Counted from the stretch's first letter, positions 51,610-62,895 are shown. The stretch: DNA of 64,000 bases from Candidatus Bathyarchaeota archaeon (GCA_963807605.1 CAWECG010000004.1:608001-672000), one strand, 5' to 3'. Program-made: numbers and translations. Notes: generated by a model from the letters alone, not told the origin.

Positions 51610-52995
51610 TTATCCGAAGGGCCTAACAGGAAAGAACCAGAGGAAAAATGCTAGGCCAGCCAGGACATAGACTGCAAGAAGAGCTTTTCCCCAACGTAGC
51701 ATTTTGAAGGTAAATCCCAGGCCTAGAGCAATGAATGGCAGCGTGTATATCATGTAGTAGTTGAAGCCGATCTTGTGGGAGATCATGTCGAGAATAGCCC
51801 ATGGAAGGTAGTTCGATGCGATCCCGACTGCTATGAAGAAAGCAGTTTCCACCTCTTTCCTGCGTGTGAATGCAAACGCCACTGCAGCTGCGACGAGCCA
51901 TATTCCGTACCACAATGGAAGACTCGCCTGAGGACGATACCAGATTGGTATATATTGGGTGCGGATACCGCCTGATGTGGTAATGTAACTCGTGCTAAAG
52001 TATGTTGGCGAGTTGAATGGGTCAACAGGAAGAATCCACAGTAGTGGATGGAAGAACGGTTCATCTGATGCGTTGAGGCCTAATGTAACCTGAACATTTT
52101 CAATGTAAAGTAGATGTTGAATTGGGTTGGTTATCAGCTCTTGGCTTGTACTCTGACTTGTGCTAAAGATGGTTGTGAGAGCAGTCCCATTGGGACTGAC
52201 ATTGATTGTGGGATAAACGTAGTTTGTGATAGATGTTGTCGCAACGGGTCTATATGCGGCGTCATAGATCCAGAAGAGGCTAGCGAAAACTAGCAATGCG
52301 ATCAAGGTGTAACGTAGACCAATCTTCAGGGCTGGTTTCAAAGAATGCCTATTGACGAACAGGTGGTAGAGGGCCAACGTAGCAAACGTGAACATGGCCA
52401 TTTCTCTTGACAGAAACGCTAAACCCAAGCTTGCGGCAGACCAGCCGTAGTGTCTTCGGAAGTAGAGTTCAATGGCTAGAAACCCGAATAGGAAGCTAGG
52501 CATGTCGATTAGCAGCAAGCCTCCATGAATAAAGAAGACGGGGTCGAGGGCAAGGAGCATCGTCGCACCTAGTGCCCACGGGTTACCGAGGAAGCGTCTC
52601 GCTATGAGGTAGAAGAGATACAGCACCGCTAATTGCATAATTACTTGGGGGAAACGCCACCCAAACCAATTATTCCCAAAAGCTGCAATGCCCAGTGCGC
52701 CGATAATCTTGGGTAATGGTGGGTGTGCTGGATTTACGTCAATTCCCTGCAAGGTCTTCAGACTAGCCGGCACATAGTAAGTTTCATCGAAAACAAGGCT
52801 GCCGTTGGAGGGAAAAGCGATTTGAAGCATGTGAGCTGCAAAGTACAATAGCAAAAAGTCTCTGATGTTGAACTTGCTGAGGAGGTTGATGCTGTAAGTC
52901 CAGATGCGTGGGAGGTTCAAGTCGGTTCCTACCCTCATACCTTTGACACTTCGGCTAGAATCTTGGGATGAGGTAGTGCGGGTGCGAATGGCCAC
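51610..52995 (-). CDS. PMT-like glycosyltransferase, paralog of 24047-25390
   Basis: FDETYYV, HPPLPK, FGWRFPQ; colinear with the first copy. Confidence 0.85.
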   Translation of the reverse strand: MAIRTRTTSSQDSSRSVKGMRVGTDLNLPRIWTYSINLLSKFNIRDFLLLYFAAHMLQIAFPSNGSLVFDETYYVPASLKTLQGIDVNPAHPPLPKIIGALGIAAFGNNWFGWRFPQVIMQLAVLYLFYLIARRFLGNPWALGATMLLALDPVFFIHGGLLLIDMPSFLFGFLAIELYFRRHYGWSAASLGLAFLSREMAMFTFATLALYHLFVNRHSLKPALKIGLRYTLIALLVFASLFWIYDAAYRPVATTSITNYVYPTINVSPNGTALTTIFSTSQSTSQELITNPIQHLLYIENVQVTLGLNASDEPFFHPLLWILPVDPFNSPTYFSTSYITTSGGIRTQYIPIWYRPQASLPLWYGIWLVAAAVAFAFTRRKEVETAFFIAVGIASNYLPWAILDMISHKIGFNYYMIYTLPFIALGLGFTFKMLRWGKALLAVYVLAGLAFFLWFFPVRPFG

Positions 52996-53794
52996 ACGAA
53001 GCAGTCGAATAATTGCGTAAGATACTTTGATTCAATGAGCTCAAGCTTCCGGATTTCCAGTTCACAGAGTTGGATGAAGTTCCTAATATGCTAAGCGTCC
53101 TACCAGTTTTCAGAATTCATCTTCCTCTGACAGATACGGGGTCGTGTTCGTTGTTTTGCCCGCGTTCGTCTACCCAGTCAGGCCTATCTTGATCAAGAAT
53201 GTTCCGGTACGCTTGACGTTGGGCCGATATTACAAGTTGATGGCGGTCTCGGCAAAGGGTTGTTAACGGTCAATGTGTCCGGCGGTCGCCCAAAATAGCT
53301 CGGGTCGATTTGGTGGTGTATCAACCGCTGCCAGGAACAAGATTCATATGACGACCCTCGAAACCCCACAGCGGGAGTCGGCCCTCTCGGAACAGGTGTG
53401 AACCCTAGACACTGTGACCGCAAGGGAGTGGCGGCGTCTAGTTGGACATTACGACAGGGACAGCGCTCCCACCAAGGGCCTCAGGCACAAACACTAACGG
53501 GTTTTTGGCCAGCAAGGAATGACAGACTAGTGGTGAAGAAGCCAGTAGACAAGACGGTATGACGGAGGTTGAGGGTTCAAAATGGTCACGCTGACTATGA
53601 GCCCCTTCGGGTCGTCCCTGATTGACAGGTGGAGGGCGCTTCGTTGGTATGTCTTCCACGGAAGATGCTGACTGCGTTATGTCTAGCTGCATATTCAGGC
53701 TTGGAAATACTGTGAAATCCGCCGAACATCCGCCTCCGTGTAGACGAATGAAAGATGGGGATCAGAGGCGCGTCGGTAGAGAATCAGGGTGGTG

Positions 53795-56104
53795 TTAGGG
53801 CCCTCCGGGTCCTGGGGGTCCTGGCGGTCCTGGGGGTCCTGCGGGTTGCTGTACGGTGTTCCAAGCGTTGTCGTAGTCGTTTATCGCGTCGGCAGAGTGT
53901 TGTGGTGGATTGTTTGCAGCGTCCTGGTCGCCCTTGCTAAGTTGGTTCTGTGCCTGAGTTATCTTGTTCGGATTTTCTTTTGCAGTGATGGCGTCGTTGA
54001 TCGCGGTTAAAGCTAACTGTCGGTCAGCGCCGACTAGTTGGTTGATGAGGCTTTGCAATGTGCTCTTGTCAACTTGGCTCTTTGGATCCTTGATCATATC
54101 AGTCAAGGTTCTGACGACATCTGCCTCATCTTTGAAGACCTTGTCGCCTTGCTTCGCGCTCAAGTGGGAGGAATCAACCCAATCGGCTGGGCTGAGCGAG
54201 TCTTGCATGGAGGAGATAGCCTTGTCTAGTCTATCTTGGTCGGGCTTGAAGGTTGCCGTCGAGCGCAGTGAAACTAGGGTTTGGAGCACGCTATTCTTGA
54301 CATCCTTCGGCATCGCTCCTGTAGAAGTTTGAGTCTGAGTCACGGTTGTGGTTTCTGTAAGAGTATTGGTGACCGTAGCGGATTCGGTGGCGGTCTGAGT
54401 AGTCGTAGCCAATTTTGTGACAGGGCTCGTCACAGTAGCTGACTCAGTAGCAGTATTCGTCACCGTAACGTAGACGCTTGCAGTATTAGCTAGAGTAGAA
54501 GACGCTGTAGCCGTGTTAGTAACAGTAGCGGATTCGGTTGCAGTGTTAGTGATAGTAGCAGACTCTGTGGCGGTCTGAGTAGTCGTAGCCAATTCAGTAG
54601 CAGTATTAATCACAGTAGCCGACTCGAAAGCGGTGTTAGCGACTGTTGTAGACTGAGTAGCAGTATTCGTCACAGTAGCTGACTCAGTATCCGTATTCGT
54701 AATCGTGGCAGACTGAGTATCAGTGTTAGTAATCGTAGCAGACTGAGTATCCGTATTCGTAATCGTAGCAGACTGAGTATCCGTATTCGTAATCGTAGCA
54801 GACTGAGTATCCGTATTCGTAATCGTAGCAGACTGAGTATCCGTATTCGTAATCGTAGCAGACTGAGTATCCGTATTCGTAATCGTAGCAGACTGAGTAT
54901 CCGTATTCGTAATCGTAGCAGACTGAGTATCCGTATTCGTAATCGTAGCAGACTGAGTATCCGTATTCGTAATCGTAGCAGACTGAGTATCCGTATTCGT
55001 AATCGTAGCAGACTGAGTATCCGTATTCGTAATCGTAGCAGACTGAGTATCCGTATTCGTAATCGTAGCAGACTGAGTATCCGTATTCGTAATCGTAGCA
55101 GACTGAGTATCCGTATTCGTAATCGTAGCAGACTGAGTATCCGTATTCGTAATCGTAGCAGACTGAGTATCCGTATTCGTAATCGTAGCAGACTGAGTAT
55201 CCGTATTCGTAATCGTAGCAGACTGAGTATCCGTATTCGTAATCGTAGCAGACTGAGTATCCGTATTCGTAATCGTAGCAGACTGAGTATCCGTATTCGT
55301 AATCGTAGCAGACTGAGTATCCGTATTCGTAATCGTAGCAGACTGAGTATCCGTATTCGTAATCGTAGCAGACTGAGTATCCGTATTCGTAATCGTAGCA
55401 GACTGAGTATCCGTATTCGTAATCGTAGCAGACTGAGTATCCGTATTCGTAATCGTAGCAGACTCTGTCGCTGTGTTAGTAATCGTAGCCGTCTGAGTAG
55501 CAGTGTTAGTCGCTGTGTTAGTAATCGTAGCCGTCTGAGTCTGAGTATTAGTAGTAGTCGTCAACTGAGTGGCAGTTGAGGTGAACGTTGTTATGGTTGA
55601 GAGTGTAGTGGCCGTTACGGTTGTGGTAGCGGTGGTAAGAGGTACCTTGAAGGCAGATGAAAGCCCATCAGGGTTTGCGCCGCCGCTATCATATATCGAG
55701 TTGTGATTTAAGTCCACTACTATGTAGTAATTACCACCATACTGGGTTAGGAGATGACTCCAAACCAGCAAAAGTTGGTTAGTTCCTGATGCACCATTCC
55801 AAGGTGCGCTGTTGGGCAAGGTCTTGTACCCTCCAGAAACATCCTGCAAAGAGCCTCCACTGGCAGGGTCTGCCGCTACAACCCATACATAGACGCCATT
55901 TAGGCCTCCGCCACTCCAACTAATCTTCGCATAGACATCGTCGGTCGTAACGAAAGTGGACTTGACGGTCCCCCCTGAGTCCGAGGCGGAAACAGCAGAT
56001 ACGGTGGCTCCGGGAGCCCACACCTGAGGAGTCTGTCCCATAAGGAGGAGGAGTAAAACAGTAACTCCGAGTAGGTACTTCTTCTTGTATAAGCCACTGG
56101 CCAA
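53795..56104 (-). CDS. Secreted Thr-rich repeat protein with helical C-domain and (GPP)n tail
   Basis: Signal peptide, (TITNTDTQSA)n array, GPPGPPGPPG. Confidence 0.85.
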   Translation of the reverse strand: MASGLYKKKYLLGVTVLLLLLMGQTPQVWAPGATVSAVSASDSGGTVKSTFVTTDDVYAKISWSGGGLNGVYVWVVAADPASGGSLQDVSGGYKTLPNSAPWNGASGTNQLLLVWSHLLTQYGGNYYIVVDLNHNSIYDSGGANPDGLSSAFKVPLTTATTTVTATTLSTITTFTSTATQLTTTTNTQTQTATITNTATNTATQTATITNTATESATITNTDTQSATITNTDTQSATITNTDTQSATITNTDTQSATITNTDTQSATITNTDTQSATITNTDTQSATITNTDTQSATITNTDTQSATITNTDTQSATITNTDTQSATITNTDTQSATITNTDTQSATITNTDTQSATITNTDTQSATITNTDTQSATITNTDTQSATITNTDTQSATITNTDTQSATITNTDTQSATITNTDTQSATITNTDTQSATITNTDTQSATITNTDTQSATITNTDTQSATITNTDTESATVTNTATQSTTVANTAFESATVINTATELATTTQTATESATITNTATESATVTNTATASSTLANTASVYVTVTNTATESATVTSPVTKLATTTQTATESATVTNTLTETTTVTQTQTSTGAMPKDVKNSVLQTLVSLRSTATFKPDQDRLDKAISSMQDSLSPADWVDSSHLSAKQGDKVFKDEADVVRTLTDMIKDPKSQVDKSTLQSLINQLVGADRQLALTAINDAITAKENPNKITQAQNQLSKGDQDAANNPPQHSADAINDYDNAWNTVQQPAGPPGPPGPPGPGGP
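54741..55460. repeat. 24 perfect tandem copies of a 30-bp unit; degenerate copies extend about 54330-55560
   Basis: GACTGAGTATCCGTATTCGTAATCGTAGCA x24, no spacers. Confidence 0.97.
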
Positions 56105-56242
56105 AATTGTCCACCCTACTTTTTCTTAGAGCCTAATGACTAGTAACCGTACTGTTCAATTCTGGGGGACAGTTAATTTATAAGCCTTTTCTTGGACCAT
56201 GCTCGCTTCAGCACTCTTCTAATCGAGTAATAGTCTCTCTGG

Positions 56243-57463
56243 TCAGTCTACGATTCTGCGTAATGTCTTCTCGAGGACGCCAACGTGTTTTTCCCAGGTG
56301 TAGCGTTCTGCCACGAATCTTGCTGCGTTTGCGCTTATTCGTCTGTTGAGCGCCTCGTCGGATAGGAGCCTTTGTAGTCTTTCAGAGAAATCCTTGAAGT
56401 TGTATGCTTTGGCTTTGAATCCGTTGAAGCCGTCTATGACTGTCTCAGAGGGGCCTGCGTGGTCCCAGACGACGACAGGCGTCCCGCATGCCATGGCTTC
56501 GACGGGGCCTAACCCGAAGTCTTCTTCGGGTGAGGTGAATGCGTAGGCATCAGCGTTTTGATAGAGTTGGATCAGTTCGTTTTCTTGCACGCGTCCCGTG
56601 AAGAATACGGTGTCGCTGAGCCCCAGCTCTGAGCACAGACGTTTCAGGACTCGTGTGTAGCTGGTGGAGTCACCGGTTATTACTAGCTTGCTGTCAACTT
56701 CTTTTCTTACGAGAGCGAAGATCCTAAGGAGATCAGAGAGCCCTTTTTGCGGGTAGTGCCTGTTGGTGGATAATATGAAGGGTTTCTTTAGGGTGAATCC
56801 TTTCAGATCGAGGTTGGTCTTCCTTTGTGCTGGAACAAATTTTTCTACGTCGACGCCAGGGGGGCATACAAGAGGCTCCACATTATAGATTTTCCTTAGC
56901 TGGTCTCTTATCCAAAGACTGTTTGTCATTACTAGGTTAGAGGTAGTCACTGAGGCGTGGTCAAGAAGACGGACGACCGGTTTCAATGTCTCCACAATGC
57001 CTTTTAGAAGGGCAAAGTCAGTTTTTGTTTTCCATCCGACGCGTAAGTCAATTGGGCGCGGATAGAGAAACCTCGCGGGTTGATGCAGGTATGTCACGCG
57101 GGGCTTCAAGGTAATCCGCGAGATTAGGTAGCTTATCCATGTAGCGGGTTGGCCGTGTGAAAGGATTATGTCATAATTTCTGAATTTCGACGCAGACAGC
57201 GGTGCTAGGACGGATGTTGCAGCTAAGCTTGCGAAATCCCGAAATGGAATCTTGATCTTCACTCTTGGGATAACGCCCTCCAAGGGGATCTTGCTTATTA
57301 AATCAGGAAAGCAGAGGTCTGGCCGAATTGCTGGTGCGAAGCAGCTTACCGTGTGGCCCATTCTTCGAAGCATGATTGATTCATAAATTGCTGTTCTTTC
57401 CCCTCCGCCACTATACATGAAGCCGAAGTGGATTATCGCAATGCGCAGATGATTCCCCCCCAT
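56243..57463 (-). CDS. Glycosyltransferase family 4, paralog of 25880-27043
   Basis: GFMYSGGGER, EDFGLGPVEA. Confidence 0.92.
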   Translation of the reverse strand: MGGNHLRIAIIHFGFMYSGGGERTAIYESIMLRRMGHTVSCFAPAIRPDLCFPDLISKIPLEGVIPRVKIKIPFRDFASLAATSVLAPLSASKFRNYDIILSHGQPATWISYLISRITLKPRVTYLHQPARFLYPRPIDLRVGWKTKTDFALLKGIVETLKPVVRLLDHASVTTSNLVMTNSLWIRDQLRKIYNVEPLVCPPGVDVEKFVPAQRKTNLDLKGFTLKKPFILSTNRHYPQKGLSDLLRIFALVRKEVDSKLVITGDSTSYTRVLKRLCSELGLSDTVFFTGRVQENELIQLYQNADAYAFTSPEEDFGLGPVEAMACGTPVVVWDHAGPSETVIDGFNGFKAKAYNFKDFSERLQRLLSDEALNRRISANAARFVAERYTWEKHVGVLEKTLRRIVD

Positions 57464-58014
57464 TCTGCTGCACCAGACAGGTCTGATGTGGAATAACTGC
57501 TTGAAATGTGTCTGAGATGATGCTGCGTGGAAATCGCTGGCTCGCTGCCGCGACGGGGTAGAAAGAGAGCGACCCCGCTTTCCTTCTGCAACTTCAACAG
57601 TTTATCCTCTCACCTATATCCGTCACAGGAACTAAAGAGTATGGGATCAGGTTTGGTTCTAATGTACAGACCTGAGTTGAAGAAATACCCTGAGAAAGAC
57701 CTCTTCTCCGGTGGATCTTCTAGAGCGCTGCCAGCGGGCCTGAAAAATAATAAGGACCCGGCCAAATGGGGCCGCGACGGTCTTTGGAACCTTAAAGCGT
57801 GGGCAGGGTCCAAACCAACTTTGATCATCGTGTACAAGCGCACGTTAGCCGCACCTGCACCGCTGTGACGATGGTGTTAATATTGCGGTGGTGACGACAG
57901 GTACAATTATCCGATACGTATTAGCTACGTGTTCATACGATCTCCTTACATGGCGTATTACGAAGCTACGTGATCAAGAGAAGGCTGCCGCGATAGCATC
58001 TGGAAGTTGTTGCC

Positions 58015-59088
58015 TTGAAAGTAGTGGAGTGGACCTTCCAACAGTTCTTGGATAATAGGAACCTGTGGAATAGTACATTGCAGCAGAGTCTAGACAATAG
58101 CATATTCCTTACGTGGGAGTGGCTGTCGAATTGGTGGGAACACTTCGGGAGTCAAAGGAGGTTTCTTGTTCTAACTGTAGTTGACGACAAGCAGATCCTG
58201 GCTGCTGCTCCATTAATGATCTCAAAGTCTCCAGTGTTGGGATTGAAAGTAGAGTTCATAGGAGCACCAGATTCCGATTATCATGGCTTTCTATTAACGC
58301 CAAACAGCGCGGCCGCCGCTAGGCTTATCCTGGATTACTTGAACCAACTTAAACCCGATTGGGATGTCATAGAACTACGAGAAATTCCTGAAAACTCAAT
58401 GACATTAGAGATTCTCAGAACAGTCCCACCTAAATCAATTAGATTCCGGGAAAAGAAACTAGCGTTGTGTCCCTACCTTCCATTGCCGGACGACTTTGAC
58501 AATTACCTACGAAGGCTCAACCCGCATTTTGTTAAGGAATTGAGGCGGCGGGAGAGAAGACTGAAAGAGAGTTACAGAGTCAGCTTCCAGGCGGTGGATG
58601 GGAGTGAAGCTGTGGGTGATGCGATGGAATTCCTTTTTAGCCTCCATCAGAAACGGTGGAAATCCAAAATGCGCCCTGGAATCTTCTCAGATCGGAAGGT
58701 CCGTGACTTTCATCTTGATGTAGCCCGATCATTCATCCGAAAAGGATGGTTAGTCCTAGCGTTTCTGATGCTGAATGACGATCCAGTTGCATCTCTATAC
58801 AACTATAGGTATTCTAACAAGATGTATTGCTACCTCTCTGGATTCGAACCTGCTTATTCAAAATATGGCGTCGGATCAATCCTTGATCTTCGCCTTATAG
58901 AGTACAGCATCAGGAATGGTTTGAGAGAATACGATTTCATGAGGGGTGACGAACCCTACAAGACAATGTGGGGGACACACGCAAAAAGAAACCTGAGAAT
59001 CAGTGCTGCAAGAAAAAAGACTGTTCGCTTTGCATACGATTGCATCGACTTTGCAAAGGACAAAGTACGTGCATTAACACCAACATAA
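58015..59088 (+). CDS. GNAT acyltransferase, CelD/BcsL-like
   Basis: FLTWEW...WW, SDY, LHQKRW, YDFMRGDEPYK. Confidence 0.88.
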   Translation: MKVVEWTFQQFLDNRNLWNSTLQQSLDNSIFLTWEWLSNWWEHFGSQRRFLVLTVVDDKQILAAAPLMISKSPVLGLKVEFIGAPDSDYHGFLLTPNSAAAARLILDYLNQLKPDWDVIELREIPENSMTLEILRTVPPKSIRFREKKLALCPYLPLPDDFDNYLRRLNPHFVKELRRRERRLKESYRVSFQAVDGSEAVGDAMEFLFSLHQKRWKSKMRPGIFSDRKVRDFHLDVARSFIRKGWLVLAFLMLNDDPVASLYNYRYSNKMYCYLSGFEPAYSKYGVGSILDLRLIEYSIRNGLREYDFMRGDEPYKTMWGTHAKRNLRISAARKKTVRFAYDCIDFAKDKVRALTPT

Positions 59089-59294
59089 CCCTGACTGCTG
59101 AACAGACTATGAGTCCACCACAAGTCTATGTTTCTCCCATAGCCGTCCTAACGAACCTGAAATGCCTTTGGTTACGTGCACACTCGAAGAACCTAGCAAC
59201 AGCACCCAATACAACTTGCACATCACATGCTCATATTCTATGAAATCACACAACCAACCGATTTGAGGCTCTTTTGCCTCAAGGACAAGTATGC

Positions 59295-60032
59295 TCACAC
59301 TCCTCTTCTATAAGAATAGAATTTCATTAACAACCATCTTCCTATTTTTGGAAATTTGTGTATGATTCGTCCGAGTCTAATATTCGGTGTGGAGCCTGAA
59401 CCATGAAGGATGCGTTCTAATTCAGCCAGATAGACTCTTTCGCGCAGAATACGGCTGGCGCGCGCTTCTGCAATAAAGCCCTCGTACTTGCATATGAAAT
59501 CCTGCCTATCAAGAGGAATATCTTCAACAGGTATACTGTGCAAGAATCTAAGCCAAGCTGCCGCTCGCTCCAGCTGTTTGGATAATGCCCACAGTTTGCC
59601 CTGTGTAGGGGGGATTATTCTGGTCCATCGCAGGAGATCATTCAGACATTGGCCCTCAACTCCGGCTGCGATCACAGTGTTCAATCTCTCGATCACATCT
59701 ATTGGCTCTGAGATCTTGAAATTACTTGAATTCCTGAAGTGCATCCATGCAATCTAGTGCCTTCGAAATTCGTCAACCGCAGCACCATCATCTAGATAAA
59801 CCTTCGCAAAGAGAGTCCTTTCCACCTGACCGATCCTTGCATCTTCAAGAACAACCTTGAAGGTCTGTCGCGCATACAATCCTTTTGGCGGAAAGCTCGC
59901 ATTCCAGCGCAAAGATAGAAAAGAGTTTCCCATTATACGGAAGGTCAAGTTCGGGTGACCTTTCAATTCGGGAAAGTACTGTGAGAGCCGCGGCTTTATT
60001 TCATCAGCCAACAGGTCTATTGTTCGTTTCAC
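59295..60032 (-). pseudogene. Fragmented hypothetical gene(s); 3' end duplicated from the neighbouring methyltransferase
   Basis: Two short ORFs; shared AELERIL...IGRWLLMKFYSYRR. Confidence 0.45.
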
Positions 60033-60104
60033 CGAAGCCTCAGCTCAGCAGTACTCATGTGTCGGACAACCCAGAATCCTCCGCCAACGATTGCAGCATA
60101 GCAC

Positions 60105-60914
60105 CTACTTATCTGCTTTGAAGTCTTCATGCGCCTTGAATACTAATATACCCATATGACGCCTTCTATAGGAATAGAATTTCATCAGTAACCATCTTCC
60201 GATTCCCGGAATTTTATCCATTACTCGTCCGATTCTAATCTTCCATCCGGAACCTGTATCATAAAGGATGCGTTCTAACTCAGCCACATAGATTCTTTGG
60301 CATAGGGTACGACTGGATTTTGGATCTAATCTGAATCCGTAGGAGTCGAGTTCTTTGCTCCAGAAGTCTTTCTCATGTACATTTACACGAATTTTGTCCC
60401 ATGGCTTTGTGATGTACGCAGTTTTCATTACCAGTATTCCATCATTCTTAATTACGCGCCTAATTTCTTGGAACACGAGGTCATAATTCCCGACAAACTC
60501 CACTACTTCGAACATCGTGACAAGATCGAAACGCCCACTTGAAAATGGCAGTCCCTCCTTCTCGAGATCTATCTTCGTGAGATACGAAGAAACCTGGTTT
60601 GGTGCTTGTGAAAGCGCATACTCACTTACGTCTACGCCGTAGCTCTCGATACCTATGTTTCTTAATGCGAGAACCAAGAATCCCTTAGCGCATCCAATAT
60701 CCAGAACCGAGAGGGGTTTCCACGTCTTTTTTAGTTGATCAGCTAAGAATTCAAACTCAGGAAGAATGTTCGTTATCTTGTATAGAACCGAGATTCTTCC
60801 TGGTTGATCTGGGTCATCTACTCCGCTATCGAAAAAATCCTTATTGAACACTCCTTGTTTATCTGTCACGCATCTCTTCCCAGTAGCAGCGACTTGCTTC
60901 CTTATTTTGAGCAC
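60105..60914 (-). CDS. Class I SAM methyltransferase
   Basis: VLDIGCAKG, GVDVS, FDLV. Confidence 0.88.
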   Translation of the reverse strand: MLKIRKQVAATGKRCVTDKQGVFNKDFFDSGVDDPDQPGRISVLYKITNILPEFEFLADQLKKTWKPLSVLDIGCAKGFLVLALRNIGIESYGVDVSEYALSQAPNQVSSYLTKIDLEKEGLPFSSGRFDLVTMFEVVEFVGNYDLVFQEIRRVIKNDGILVMKTAYITKPWDKIRVNVHEKDFWSKELDSYGFRLDPKSSRTLCQRIYVAELERILYDTGSGWKIRIGRVMDKIPGIGRWLLMKFYSYRRRHMGILVFKAHEDFKADK

Positions 60915-61436
60915 AGCCCGAACTTAACTGTTATGTGGCCTATTCTTGTGTTTGAATGCATCCGAAGTGACTTCGTGATCACGATCATACTCGCCGTTTA
61001 GAGAAATCTAATCGTCTGCGTTGCTGCAAAGCGTGACCTGTATCGCAAGCGGCACGTAAGAAGTCGTGCCAATATAGCCTTAATGCTCGCTGTTTCAACA
61101 GGAGCATTTTAGGAACTATGAAGAATGTAGGTGAACAAATCAACAGGCAGTTTACTATCGAACAGCTTTAATTCCAGACTATTTCTGATAACTTCTGTAT
61201 TGTCCTGTACAAACGCCCTACATGACCTTTGGCTTTTGCTTGATGAAGCTCTCGGCGATTGTGTGATATATCTTACTTGAGTTGTGGGGGAAGCACTTAC
61301 GACATCTAAGGTTGTCCTGTATATGTAGGAGCCTTCTAAATGCTAAATAAGCATGCAATAATCATAGCGACGCCGAGTCATTGTCTTAAACGTGAATGGT
61401 TACTTCGACACTGCTGGACAGACCAAGACCAGCAGG

Positions 61437-62169
61437 TCAGTAGATGCCTAGACGATGAAGTCTTAGCACAGCCTTGGTAGCAATGCGCATTCGAAGTCGT
61501 GGAGGTCTCAAGTCCGGCTTTGGGATTTTGGATGCAGAAAGCCTTTGCACGTCGGCTCCGAACTTCAGACTTAGTCCTTGTAGAAACTCTTCGAAGAGCC
61601 GCCGGTCTGGCTGCGAATAGCCTGGAGAGTAAGCGAGATATATGGAGGATGGCACGTCCTTGAAGTCCCAAGATAAGAACTCGTTGAGTAACCTCCGAGT
61701 GTGGGATGGGGCATAATTGATGGAGGCAAGGCCATCCCAGTCTATATCAAGGTGTTCGCCACGCTCGATACCGTGACACTCGTGAAACGTGAGCTCGGTG
61801 AACTTGAGCGGTACCTCAGGTCTTGGTTTTAGCCTGCGCAGTAAGAGGTGGGGAATTGATGTGAGGTCACTCTCGTACTTGACGGCCCCAACATCATAGC
61901 GACGACCCCCAAGATCGTCATGGATCCAGCGCACCGCGCTGACGATTCCTTCTATTATCGCATAAGCGAGGAAATTCCCCGAATCGATTTTGGATCCTTT
62001 TCGGGATACTTGGATCGGTTACAAATGCATGGCTGTGGCGCCGATCGATGAGCAGTCCCCGCATGTCGCAATGGAAGTCGACATGAGCAAGGTGGATACA
62101 GCGATCTCCGCGTTCGCGCCAGAGTTGGTAGATCTGATCATGTTCTTCAGCAACAAAAATATTAGCCAT
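61437..62169 (-). pseudogene. UPF0489/arginase-fold-like protein, frameshifted near 61990
   Basis: VAEEH, HVDFHCDM, IDSGNFL, HLDIDWD. Confidence 0.55.
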
Positions 62170-62486
62170 TGAGGATTTCACCTTGTGTTGAACCTGTCAA
62201 CCATTCTTTTGTTCCGCATAAATTCAATTTCAGGTCAAACTGTTCCAAGCAGTTACGCAACCGCGATCTAGGACACTCAAATGAATAGGCAAGCTATGCC
62301 CGGATCAGCCCCTGCACGTGACTCTGACCCGCAGTCATCCAGAACGACTTTAGCGAGTGCCTCACACACGATGTGGACAGATATCTAGCGGAAGGCTTAC
62401 GTAACCCTTCCTCGACAATTCCACTCACCCTACAATCCCCAAACCCGCTCCAGAACCTATTATTGACAATACTGTTCCATACGCGC

Positions 62487-62895
62487 GCGTTTTCACCTCG
62501 ATGTAGCTCGGTCTTTCAACCGAAAAGGATGGTCAGTCATGGCCCCTCTTGCTGAATGACGATCCGGTAGCATCTTAATATAACTATAGGTATTCTAACA
62601 AGATGTATTGCTATCTCTTTGGATTCGAACCTGCTTATTCGAAATATGCCGTCGGAATGATCCTCGACCTCTATCTAATCGAGCACAGCATTCAGAATGG
62701 TATGAGAGAATATGATTTCACGAGGGGTGATGAACCCTACAAGAGAATGTGGGGAACACTCGCAAAGAGAAACCTAAAAATTATTGCTGCAAGAAAAAGG
62801 ATTGTTCACTTCACATACGATTGCATTGACTTCGCCAAAGACAGAGCACGTGCATTAACACTTACATAATCCTAACTGCTGAACTAGGACTATGT
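62487..62895 (+). pseudogene. Partial duplicate of the 3' end of the CelD-like GNAT gene
   Basis: Colinear with about 58700-59110, including downstream DNA. Confidence 0.85.

Noticed and set aside
54741-55460. 30-bp repeat array as a CRISPR
   Set aside because: No spacers, the repeats are in frame within a protein, and there are no cas genes
61298-61310. In-window target of the copy 3 guide (TTAC-GACAT)
   Set aside because: Only 5 nt match, expected by chance
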